A stretch of DNA of 64,000 bases from Callorhinchus milii (lineage: Eukaryota), in NCBI RefSeq assembly GCF_018977255.1, contig NW_024704742.1, positions 119,414,001 to 119,478,000 on the forward strand, read 5' to 3'. Both the position numbers and the translations under genes were made by a program. Below, in pieces: positions 41,912 through 54,015 of the stretch (position 1 is the first letter of the stretch; each line of letters opens with the position of its first letter). The notes below the pieces were generated by a model. It worked only from the letters and a program-made list of their open reading frames with translations. It was not told where the DNA came from and ran no database searches.

Positions 41912-42570
41912 CAACAACAACAACTTGCACTTATATAGTGCCCTCCACATCGGGCGGCGTCTCAGAGCGCTTAACAATGACGGAGCCAGGGGGAGGGGCA
42001 AGGTGACCATAGGCGCAGTCAAAGAGGAAGGTCTTCAGGCATGACCTGAACATGGGGACGAGGCGAAGGAGTTGAGGGAGGGTGTTCCAAAGTTTTGGGG
42101 CATAGTGGCTGAAGGCACGGCCACCGATAGTGGAGTCGAGGATTCGGGGGACATGGAGGAGGCCGGACCCAGTAGAGCAGAGACAGCGGGTACTGCTGTG
42201 GGGAGAGAGGAGGTTAGAGAGATGGGGCGGCCAAGGAAAGGAGGGATTTAAATACTAGAGTGAGGATCTTGAAGTCAATCCGCCGCGTGACAGAGAGCCA
42301 GTTTGGCAAGGACTGGAGTAATTGGGGTACAAAGTTTGGTGCGGGTAAGAATGCAGGCGGCGGAGTTTTGAATGAGCTGGATTTTGTGAATAGTGGAGGA
42401 GGGGAGATCGGCGAGGAAGGAGTTAGAGTAGTCCAAGGACAAGGGTTTTGGCAGCTTTTGGGGGAGGTATTGTCGGAAATGGGCAATGTGGCGGAGATGG
42501 AAGAAAGTGGTGCTGGTCAGGGACCGGATGTGGGGGAGGAAGGATAACTGGGGATCGAACCTGACACCTA
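41912..42570 (-). mobile_element. L2 3' fragment
   Basis: LGVRFDPQLSFLPHIRSLTSTTFFHLRHIA..IQNSAACIL; (AAC)n tail on the + strand. Confidence 0.92.
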
Positions 42571-44318
42571 AGAAGTCCCAAAGCACTTAACAGGATTTAC
42601 AGTAAAGTGGAGTGACTGTATTTTTGTGGCTGCAATCCAGATACAGAGCAATACTGAGGGAATGCTGCCTTTGTTAGAGTTGAGATGAGATGTTAGGTGA
42701 GATGTTAAGCCAAACACTGCCTGTCGGTGGTTCAGGTAGATGTTAAAGGGCAGGGGGATTCTCCCAGTGTCCTGATGAATAGATTTCCCTGGTTTGCCAT
42801 GTAGCAGAAAACCAAAATGTGTAATTGTTTGTGAAATGTTCCTTGGGACGTCCTCCCGACATTAAAGGCGCTAAATAAATATAAATTTGTAATTTTATTG
42901 TGGTAATTCTGCACAGATTAACTTCTGTCTTCGCCTACATATCAGTCACTACACTTGAAAGTAACTCACTGTGGTTGAAAGATATTTGAATGAGAAAATC
43001 TGCAGTGTAAATGGCGCATTGGGCTGTAATCAACAACAATAACTTATATAGTACCTTCACGCGGAGCTTTTAACAATGGTGGAGCATTCTGTCAAACTGC
43101 AATACACTTCAATAAAAGACCCTATATCAAATAGACTCATTATCAGTCAGGCCTGGGGGCAATCATTCCTCCAACTCCCCTTGCTGTTGAGAGGCTCCAG
43201 TCGTCTGCTTGGCATTTCCCCTCAGAGACATTGTTGAAACTAACAGCTCAGCGTGGTGAAACCCACACACCCAGGAAACCTTGGGGATTACTGTATATAC
43301 TGTATTCTGATGTGAAACACGCTCCAGCATAAAACTTTGTAACAACCCATTGTTGCATATTGTTGCTTGCATTCAGGGGAAATATTAAAAACTCTCTTTG
43401 GGTAAGCATGTGTTTAATTTTGCTTTCTTTACCTGCAGAAGTGTTCTGGTTAACAAGGGACCTAAGTTCTGACAGTCCAGGTGAGAAATTCAGATCGTAA
43501 TTGATGTGGAAGCAGGAGACAGACTGAATACTTTCTGAGGCTAATTGTTCTTGTGTTTCTCCTGCATTTGTACCTGTGAGTGAAAGCTGGTAAGTCCCAG
43601 AGAAACAGAGCGAGTGGGGAATGTAGCTGATTCAGAGCAGCTGCAAGAGCTGAGGTTAATATGACCATAAGTTTGACCTGGCTCGGATACAATGAAGTCC
43701 TCATTCTTTTATAAATGCTCCTGTGAGGTTCTAGTTTTCCTCTCCAGGCCCCTGAATCCAACCCATAACATCACAGCAACAGAAATTTCTCCCTCTTGTC
43801 CCGTTCCCCCCTGACCCCCCCCAAAAAAAGAAAAACACACACTGGAAGAAATGTATTCTTTTGTAAACCAGTGACCCCTGTGGTGTGTTCAGTTTTGAGT
43901 TAGGCTTTGTTAAGACTTTGATTCCCTCACTACCTTGCTACCTATTGAACTGAGTGGTTATATAGCACCACGTCAGCCACTCCTGTCATCCCCACTGGCA
44001 ACTGCTGCAAGTCAATGAGAGGTTGAGGCTGAGCTTGTTCAAACATGAAACGCTTTGTGTAATTGTGACACGCAAAGGGAAGCTGTGGTTTTACTCCAAA
44101 TAAACCATTTGTACCATAGGCGCCGCAGTCTCACAGATCTGCAATGACCCCAATCAGTGTAACAAAAGCAACCGCCACACATCCAGCAAACGCCATTCTG
44201 CCAGCATTCCTGAGCTGCTCTGACAAATGGGTTTGAAACCATGGCTGGCTTATACAGTGACTGGCTTTTGAGCCAAAGCATTTATTGTTATAGGGGTGGT
44301 GGGGGCGGGAGTTGTATG

Positions 44319-44668
44319 TGGAGTCCTGTAGCATAGTGGCCAGCGTGCTCGAGAGAGAGGACCTGGGTTTGATTCTCGGTCAGGGCAAAACGTTAGGCAA
44401 GTTTCCTTACTCCACCCGCCTCTGTTTACCTAGCAGTAAGTAGGAACTCGGTTGTTAGCCAATTGGCGGATCACTTTTCCCGACATGATAATTCCTTCAA
44501 AAATTAAAAAGAACAGTTTGGTCACTCAACCCACGACTGTTTGTGGGGCACTGCTTCGTCCACAAAATATACAGTAAATTCACTCTACTACTGTATTCTG
44601 TGAAGCGCTTTGTGATGTCTCGAAGATGTGATAAGGCACTATATCAAATGCAAGGATTATTATTATAT
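44319..44668 (+). mobile_element. tRNA SINE, long form
   Basis: Contains the GCCTCTGTTTACCTAGCAGTAAGTAGGAAC central segment. Confidence 0.9.
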
Positions 44669-47554
44669 TCCACCACAACAGATATCCACTTGGGCATTTC
44701 CAAGAGCGAAATGTCTTGTGATGTGATAACACATCACATGTGCTGCATGCGTTGTTTGATGTGATAACACATGGTGTAGTTCTTCAGCCGTTCCCATTAC
44801 CCTGTCAAACGAGTGCTGGTTATTTGGCCATGAGAAGGAGGTTGAATATAGGGTAAATTTATTGGCAAGAGAGTGGGTAGCATTGGGGAATTTCTTTTCA
44901 CATCCCCCCGCACTCCACCACCATCACTATGGCCTCAAGACAACGGCTGTCAAACAATCTCGCTCATATGTGTGAGTGGTCAGTGTATGTGTTTTTCAGG
45001 GATGTGTGGTTATGAGGGAATAAAACCATTGAGATTAATAACAATAATAATAATCCTTGCAATTGATATATAATTTCCCCCCTGCTCGGGTCATGACCCA
45101 ACTGTGCAGCACCGTGGGACGTCCTCCTGACGTGAAAGGCGCTTTATAAATGGAATCTTGTTGTTGTTGTTGTTGTTGCTTTTCATGTCTTCTAGACGTC
45201 TCAAAACGCTTCACAGAATATACTGTAAAGTGAATTGACTGTATATTTGTGGGTAAAACACACACTAAATTAAGATCCTGTCTACCTGTTCAGAAGATAG
45301 CTGCGGACAGCCTCAGCCAAAAGATTAAGTACAGTGAACTTGGATAAAGATTCCCTTCTTTACAGCGATGGCAGAATTCAGTCATAGTTGTAAAACATTT
45401 AAAAAAAACTTTATTAAGTCAGGGAGCGGTTGCAGAGCTATATAACAATAAGCATTCTTATCTTTGGTACAGGGCCTTTAATGTCAGGAGGATGTCTCAA
45501 AGCTCTTCACAGGATACACAGTAAAGTGGAGTCATAGGAGAATATATATAGTCCCGAATGTCAAAGACGTGCCAGATTTGGATTGTAAGTCACGCAATAA
45601 AATTGTTAGGGTATAGAAGGAGTGTTGCTAAGCTTGACCCTCTATATATAGTATGTCAAGAATACCAGTAAATGCTGGTGTATACCAGGCACAGGGGGTG
45701 CGTCCGTAATGAACCTAACTAATTAATATCATTCAATAAAGCATTCCAAAGGCAGGAATCATATCTTCGTGCATTTGCAGAGATCAAGAGCTGGCACTGG
45801 TGGGAACACTTCAGACATTCCTGGGGTCACAGATAAAGGGGGAGTTTAACCTAATTTTCATAAGCTATTTAGGCTTTTGATGCCTTTTTAGCATTGGTAT
45901 GGCAGAGAAATCCGGTCTGGAGTCAAAACCCCAACTGCAGGAGGGCTGCACTGTCTGGAGCTCTCACCAGAGTTTAGAGTTTTAATACAATTATCTCCAC
46001 TTTTTGCTCGAAGTCAGAGAAAGAATGCATTTATATAAAAACTGAGAGGCGTCCAGCCAGAACACACCTTCTCCAAAAGACTTCTCTTTTGAGGGTCTCG
46101 AGCACCATTCACATTGTGACTCAGGCTCCCACCATGGGTGAGATATGGCAGCCAGTTTGCACACAGCAATGTCCCACAAGCAGCCATGAAGGGAGTGATC
46201 AATTGTATTTGGGGGGATTGTTGGTCAGGACACTGGGAGAAAATCCCTTCTCTTTTGAATAGTGCTTTGGGATCTTCAAAGTCCACCTGAACAGGCAGAC
46301 GGGACTAAAAGTAAGTAGGAACCCACTTGCTAGTTGATTGGCGGATCACTTTTCCGGAGGTAATTATCCCTTCAAAAAAAATTACGACTGTTTGTGGGAC
46401 ACTGCTATGTGCAATTGGCTGCTGTGTTTCGCCCACAAAATGTACAGTCAATTTCCTTTACAGTACATTCTGTGAAGCGCTTTGAGGCATCTCAAAGATG
46501 TTATAAAGCGCTATATCAAATGCAAGGATTATTATTATTGACCAACAGCAGTTCAAGTCATTCTAAGATATGTTCCTTCACTAAATGTTAATATGCACTC
46601 CGGTCACTAACCAGGATTTTAGGATAATCCACTAATAATGGCTTGATAATACTTTTCTTCAGACAGATGGTGGAACCTGTTGGTGACTGAAAAATGCTGA
46701 TTCTAAGGACTTATCTCCAATAAGGACAGCTTTTTATCTTTGTTATCTTTTACCAGGTTTAAGTGTTCCATTCTCTCACGTCTATTCCGGACTCTCAAGG
46801 AACATTTGAGAAACAGGAAACACTGCCACCTAGTGTCCTCACCCCTGGTGCTGACTGCATATCACCGAGCCAGTGTGGATCCTTTGTGTTTGTGTTTGGT
46901 CCTCAGCTCTGCTTTAAACCTTACACTCAATCCCTAATGAAGCCCACTTTCTTCCATCATCACAATATCACCCACGTCTATTCCATCCCTACCAACTCGC
47001 ACGTTCCCTCCCTCCCTTCACTCACTCAAGGCACATCTCAAAACTTACCTCTTGACTGCGTACATCTTTAGCATTTCTCCAAGAAATTAAATTACATCAG
47101 TCAGAGGATTCAGGGCAGAGACTCGATTCATTCATGAGGAAGAAGGGAATCGAGGGCACTCTTGGTCATATTTTCTCTCCCCTCCCACTTTTAGCTCAGG
47201 TGCCCATCCAGCATTCTTAAGAGGTTTGAGGCGTCCTCCAGACGTGAAAGGTGGTGTATAAATGTAAATTTATTGTATTGTACCTCAACTCCAGCACAGC
47301 TAAAAGCCTCATCCAATGCCTTTATCACCTCTAGACCTGATTTTTCTAATGCTCTTTTCTCTGACCATCATCCTATCGTTTCTTGCCGAATACTTCACAA
47401 TGAAGAAATAATCTATTATTTAACTCAGTCCTGGACCTAGTTAGTCTGATTACCCTGGTGTCTATGGTATAAATACTGCAGAATACAGCAAGAGGTTAAT
47501 CAGGGAAGGTGTTAGAAGCTCAAGGAATTCAAAATGGGGTTGAAAAAGAAAATA

Positions 47555-50385
47555 AGACCATAAGATGTAGGAGCAGGAGTAGGCCATTTGGCCCCTCAAG
47601 CCTGCACTGCCATTTAATAAGATCATGGCTGATTTTCTGACCTCATTGCATTTACTTGCCCTATCCCTTAATCACACTCTCCTTTAGAAATTTATCAACC
47701 TCAGTCTTGAATATGTTCAAGGACTGAGCATCCACAGCCTTCTGGGGTAGAGAATTCCACAAATTCACTATCCTTTGAGTGAAGAAATGTTTCCTCAACT
47801 CAGTTTGAAAAGGCTGACCCATAATCTTGAGATTATGACCCCCTAGTTTGAGATTCTCCAACCAGGGGAAACAGTCTTACTGCATCTACCCTGTCAATAC
47901 GCTTAAGAATCTTACAGGTTTCTATAAGATCACCTCTAATTCTTCTATATTCTAGAGACTATAGGCCTAGTTTACTCAACCTAACCTCAGAGGTCAGTCC
48001 CTCATTCCAGGAACCAACCTAGTAAATCAATGCTGCACCCCCTCTAAGGCAAGTATGTCCTTTCTTAAATAAGGAGACCAAAACTGCGCACAATATTCTA
48101 GGTGCGGTCTCACCAAGGCCTTATACAACTGCAGCAAGACTTCTCTATTCTTGTACTCTAACCCTTCTGCAACGAACACCAAAATGGCATTAGCCTTCCT
48201 AGTTGCTTGCTGTACCTGCATACTAACTTTTTGCGACTGGTGTACCCAAATCCCTCTGAAAACTAACACTATTTAGTCTCTCCCCTTCTAGAAAATAATC
48301 CGCTTTTCTATTTTTACTACCTAGGTGAATAACTTCACACTTCCCCACGTTATACTCCATCTGCCACCTTCGTGCCGACTCACCTAGCCTGTCTATTTCC
48401 CTTTGCATTCTTTGTGTGTCATCCTCACAGCTTACTCTCCCACCTAGCTTCATATCGTCTGCAAATTTAGATATGTTAAGTTCTATTTCCTCATCTAAAT
48501 CATTGATATAGACTGTAAATATTTGAGGCCCAAACACTGATCCTTGTGGCACTCCACTAGTCACATCCTGCCAATCTGAGAAGGACCTGCTTATCCCTAC
48601 TATCTGTTTTCCTGTTAGCCACTCTCCAATCCATGCTAATATATTATGTTTAATTCCATGGGCTCTAATCTTATGCAACAGCCTTTTATGTGGCACCTTG
48701 TCGAACTCCTTCTGAAAATCCAAATACACCACATCAACTGGATCCCCCCTATCTAACCTACTAGTTACATTCTCAAAAAACACTACAAGATTTGTTAAAC
48801 ATGATTTCCCTTTCGTAAAGCCATGTTGACTCTGTCTAATCATGTTATGATTTTATAAGTACCCCACGACAACGTCCCTAATTAAGGATTCTCGAATTTT
48901 CCCTCCCACCGATGTCAGACTAACTGGCCTATAGTTCCCCATTTTTTGTCTCCCACCCTTCTTAAATATCGGCGTTACGTTTACAATCTTCCAATCACTG
49001 GGAACCATTCCAGAATCCAGGGAATTTTGGAAGATCAAAAACAAAGCATCCACTATCTCTGCAACCACCTCTTTTAAAACCCTAGGATGCAGGCCAACAG
49101 GTCCAGGGGATTTATCGTTTTTTAATCCTATCAATTTCTCTAGTACTATTGCTTTACTGATGTTCATTTCTTTAAGTTCCTCAGTAACATTAGTCTCCAG
49201 GTTCCCATCTATTGTCGGTAAGTTTTCAGTGCCCTCTAATGTGAAGACAGAAGCAAAATATTTGTTTAATGACTCTGCCATTTCTTTATTCCCCATTATA
49301 ATTTCTCCTGGCTCTGCCTGCAATGGACCCACATTCACTTTTGATAGTCTCGTCCTCTTTATGTCCTTGTAAAAACTCTTACAATCTGTCTTTATGTTCC
49401 TAGCTAGTTTACCCTCATATTCCATTTTGTCCCTCTTAATCAGTTTCTTGGTTTTCCTTTGCTGTTCTCTAAAGTCCTCCCAATCCTCAGGTTTACTGCT
49501 CTTTTTGGTAGTATTATAGGCCTCTTCTTTTAATTTTATACTTTCTCTAACTTCTCTAGTTAGCCAAGGTTGAACCACTTTTCCTGTGGTATTTTTATTT
49601 TTTAAGGGAATATGTGATCGCTGAAAATTATGTATTATATCTTTAAACGTTTGCCATTGCTGGTCTACCGTCATATTTTTAAATCTAATTTCCCAGTCTA
49701 TTTTAGCTAAATCTTCTCTCATACCTGCAAAGTTGGTTTTATTCAAATTTAAGACCCTTGCTTCGGATTCAACTATATCACTCTCAAACTTGAATGTTAA
49801 ATTCCATCATGTTATGGTCACTCTGCCCTAGAGGAGCCTTAACTTCCAGATTGCTGATTAGCCCTATTTCATTACACTAAACAAGATCTAGGATCGCCTG
49901 TTCCCTGGTTGGTTCCTCAGCATATTGTTCTAGAAAACTATCTCTAATGCATTCCATAAACTCATCCTCTAATTTACTTTTGCCAATTTGGTTTTCCCAG
50001 TCTATATGAAGATTGAATTGACCCACTATTAGTGTATTACCCTTGAGACATGCTCCTCTAATTTCCTGAGTAATACCCTGCCCAATGCTGTAACTGCTGT
50101 TTGGGGGTCTATAAACTACTCCCACTAGTGTTTTCTGCCCCGTGTTGTTTCTTATCTCCACCAATACTGACTCTACATCCCGATTTTCTGATTTAAAATC
50201 CTTCCTCTCTATTGTTTTTATCTCATCCTTTATTAGCAGGGCTTATGCCCGCCCCTCATCCACCTCATTTCTACATTGCCTATCTTTCCTCTACGTCAAA
50301 TACCTCGGAATGTTTAGCTCCCACCCTTGATCTCCCTGTAACCATGTCTCAGTAATAGCCACTAGATCATACCCATTTATGAACA
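47555..50385 (-). mobile_element. CR1 LINE, near-complete but disrupted ORF2 (endonuclease + RT)
   Basis: Successive ORFs carry LVGVVYRPP, KSPGP.GLHPRVLKE, GNYRPVSLTS, QHGF.KGKSCLTNL, YLDFQK.FDKVPH, SGVPQGSV, KFADD and VRPHLEYC; broken by stops and frameshifts; CR1 3' tail. Confidence 0.96.
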
Positions 50386-50539
50386 GATATAGCAAATATA
50401 TTGAATGACTAGCTCCTGGGGAGGTTATTTTTTATTAGGAAGGACACTAAGAACGTGCCCCCTAACAAGATCTGTCCTTTCTGAACCTGTGTTGGCTGTC
50501 AATTAGTGATTATTTTTATATAGGATACATTGCTTGAGC

Positions 50540-52010
50540 TCCCGGACTTAATATAAAGGAGGCTGAGATTCTGGATAGGCTCAAAGATCTTAAAACTAAC
50601 AAATCCCCTGGGCCGAATGAACTGTTCCCCGGGGTACTCAGGGACACAAGGCAGGAGATTTGTGCAGTACTGACAGACATCATGAGGGAGTTAGTCAGGA
50701 CTGGGGAGGTTCCAACGGATTGGCAGCAAGCAAATGTTGTTCCCATATTCAAGAAGGGCAACAAACTTAATCTGGCAATTAACCTGACAATAGAAAAAAT
50801 TGAGACATTCAACAGAAAGGAAATGGAAGAATACCTACATATAAAAATAATCTAATATTGTAAGCCAACATGGGTTCAGAAAGGGTAGGTCTTAACTGAC
50901 CAATCTTAAAGACTTTTTTAAGGAGGTGATGACTGTGGGAAGCCAAATGATGTAGTATATCTAGACCTCCAAAAGGCTTTTGAGTACCACATGAAAGGCT
51001 CTTCCACAAACTATGGCTGTCAATAATAATTATAATAATAATAATCCTTGCATTTGATATAGCGCCTTAACACGTCTTTGAGATGTCTCAAAACGTTTCA
51101 CACAATATACTGTAAAGTGAATTGACTGTATATTTTGTGGGCGAAACGGGGCAGCTATTCGAGCACAGCAGTGTCCCACAAACAGTTGTGGATTGAACTG
51201 ACCAATTTTTTTTTAACGAATTATTACCCATGGAAAAGCGATCCGCCAATTGACTAACAACCAGGTTCCTACTTACTGCTAGGTAAACGGGTGTGGAGTA
51301 AAAACAACAACTTGCACTTATATAGCGCCCTCCACGCAATATTAGAGTTTCGGCGCATAGTGGCTGAAATGGCTACCTCCGATGGTGGGGTGGAGGATGT
51401 GAGGGACAAGCAGGAGGTCAGTGCCAATTGAGTGGAGGCGCCAGGTGGTGGATTGGGGAGTGAGGAGGTCGGAGTAAGGAAACTTACCCAACATTTCGCC
51501 CTGCCCAGAATCGAACCCAGGTCAATCGCTTGCGAAGTGAGAGCTCTAACCACTGAACTACAGAATTACATTATTATCCTTCAAAACAAACAAGGGCAAG
51601 ATATGGACATGGATTCAGAATTGGCTGAAGAGGAGAAGCAAAGGCTGCTTGTTAGGAGAGCGAGGTCAAGGTATACTAAGTGGGGTGCTTCACGGGTCTG
51701 TACTGGACTCCTCCTATACCTCATTTATATTAGTGACCTGGATTTGTAGATCCAGTGTAAGACAATTACATTTGCTGTTGACAGCAAGTTGGGGGGAACT
51801 GTGAAATGAGAGGAGGCAGCAAAGGTCCTACAATGAGAGCTCGATAGGATATACCCATAGGCTGATAGCTGACAAATAAAGTTTAACAGCAGATAACTGT
51901 AAGGTACTACATATGGAATCCAATAAAAGAAAACACAAGTGCTCCATGAATGGGATTGAATTTTCCAAGGAGACTCTTTTATGCAGCAACATTCTGGAAC
52001 CACAGCAACA
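50540..52010 (+). mobile_element. Older CR1 RT fragment split by a SINE
   Basis: ILDRLKDLKTNKSPGP.. at ~50567; the RT region resumes after ~51590. Confidence 0.8.
51022..51562 (-). mobile_element. tRNA SINE, long form, carrying a nested L2 piece (51302-51470)
   Basis: SINE halves are separated by an L2 tail fragment with a GGAGTAA direct repeat. Confidence 0.88.
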
Positions 52011-52769
52011 TCTAGTGTTTATGATGCATAATACAGAAAGCCTATTTCCTTTCATGAGCAGTGCTTTCTTTGACCGTGCTCTCAGTCATCTTTCCCGCTG
52101 CCTACCCACCTCGACACCCACCACCACCATAGGTCCCACCCAGCAAACGGTTTGAGACATTCTCCAGATGTGAAAGGTGCTATATTAATGTAAATTCTAT
52201 TATCATATTGTATCCTTCAGGCTAAATGCACCGGGAACTCTCCTATCACAGCATGCAATTGCAGAGACTATGAATCACCTCAAGGAGAAGGGGGTGTCTC
52301 TCATTATCCAGAAAAACAACACTCCCGCTAAACTAGTCATTCACTTCATGGCTGTTTCTGCAACCTTGCTCTGAGCAAATTGGGAGCGCATCTGTCTACA
52401 AATAGTCGCTACACTAGACTGCAATTACCTGTGAAGCACTTGAGACGTTTCAACATTTGACTATATGAAAAACAAAGATTATTATAAAGTAATTTTCCTT
52501 TAAACGGAGAAACTTTTTTTTGAATAGTGCTGTGCGAACTTTAACATCTACCTGAACAGGCAGTCGAAACTTCGGTTTAACTTCTGATTTGAAGGGCTGC
52601 ACCTTCGACACTGCAGCATTCCTCCAGCATTACCCTGGAGTATCAGCCTAGACTCTGAGTTCAAAGTCCTGACATGCGACTTGTGCCTACAACTTACTGA
52701 CTCAGAGGCGAACCATAAGCATTTGGAGTCATCCCATTCAGCTCCTGTTAACCCTGCAAGCCAAAGCCC

Positions 52770-53108
52770 TAACTGGACGGCAATGGGAAAGCTTGCCAAG
52801 CAGCGATATCAATGGCAAGCTATGTAGTTTTAGCTGATTAGATTCCAGCAGTACCCCAAAGCATCCTTGGTATCCCCAAGTCTTGGCTCTTGCCAACCTG
52901 GACCTAATTAGGTCCAGGTTGGCAATTCTGAAATTAGGTAACCAGGATGTGTCCCTCCAGGGAGAGAGTGCACATTCCATTCCAACAATCTATCTCTGGG
53001 ATTTCCACGTGTAGGTGGGATGTGTGGAAATCTCAGCTTAGTTTGGATACTCTTAAGCATGCTGATGGGTTTTCACATGTGCCAGACACTCAAAAAGCTG
53101 ACCAAAAA
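52770..53108 (+). repeat. Unclassified retroposon-like repeat, longest copy
   Basis: Shares its 3' end with five other copies in the window. Confidence 0.75.
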
Positions 53109-53435
53109 GCATGAGAGCATGAAAATTTAGCAGATTTGTTGAATTCAGTCTCAACTTTGAACTCAACATTCTCCAGTTCTTAAGACAAATTTACTGAAAA
53201 CCAACCTCAAAATTAAGATTGAATTTAAGGAAATGCCAAAATCTGAATGCTCTAAAATGCTACACAAATATAGAACCAGGTGGAATTTCTTCCCAGGGGT
53301 CTATTATGCACCTTGTTCAAACCACGTTTATGGAGGGAATTATAGCTGCTGTAATTAACAATAATTTTCATTGGTTAATTATACAATTAAGGACACTGTA
53401 GTTCCCTCTGTACATGACATAATACACAGGTGCTT

Positions 53436-54015
53436 ACAACAACAAACTACATTTGTATAGCACCTTTCAAGTCAGGAGGATGTCCCATGGTGCTGGACTG
53501 TCAGGGATTTGGACCTGAGCAGGGTGTTGGGATCAGGGTGGGTGGAGGGCAGGGAGGGTAGGTTAGCAGGTTGGCCGAAGGCGCGGTCAAAAAGAAGGGT
53601 CTTGAGATGTGCTTTGAAGGAGGCAAGGGAGGGAGCAAAACAAAACTGTGGGATGGAGTTCCAAAGGGTGGGGCAGAGAGGCTGAAGGCCCGACCGCCGG
53701 TGGTGGAGCGGACGGGGTGTGGGATGTGGAGCAGGCCAGAGCCTGCTGAGCGGAGGGAGTAAACAGGTTGATATGGGGTTAACAGGTCACAGGGGTAGGA
53801 AGCAGAAGGTGGTAAAGGGCTTTGAAGGTGAGGACGAGGATTTTGAACGCTGTCCTCTTGGGAATGGGGAGCAGTGGAGCCGGGCAAGGGTGGGAGTGAT
53901 AGGGTCATGGAGCCTGGTGTGGGAGAGAACACAAGCTGCAGAGTTCTGGATGATCTGCAGCTTGTGGAGGGAAGAGTGGGGAAGGCCGACAAGCAGGGAG
54001 TTGGCATTAGTCGAG
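53436..54015 (-). mobile_element. L2 3' fragment
   Basis: Related to 7884-8606 but more diverged; (AAC)n tail. Confidence 0.9.

Noticed and set aside
43439..43480. 42-nt plus-strand mini-exon between CAG and GTGAGA
   Set aside because: No partner exons or recognisable peptide; expected by chance.
47661..50164. Cluster of RT/endonuclease ORFs as an active or novel RT system
   Set aside because: Collinear pieces of a single ordinary CR1 ORF2 broken by stops and frameshifts.
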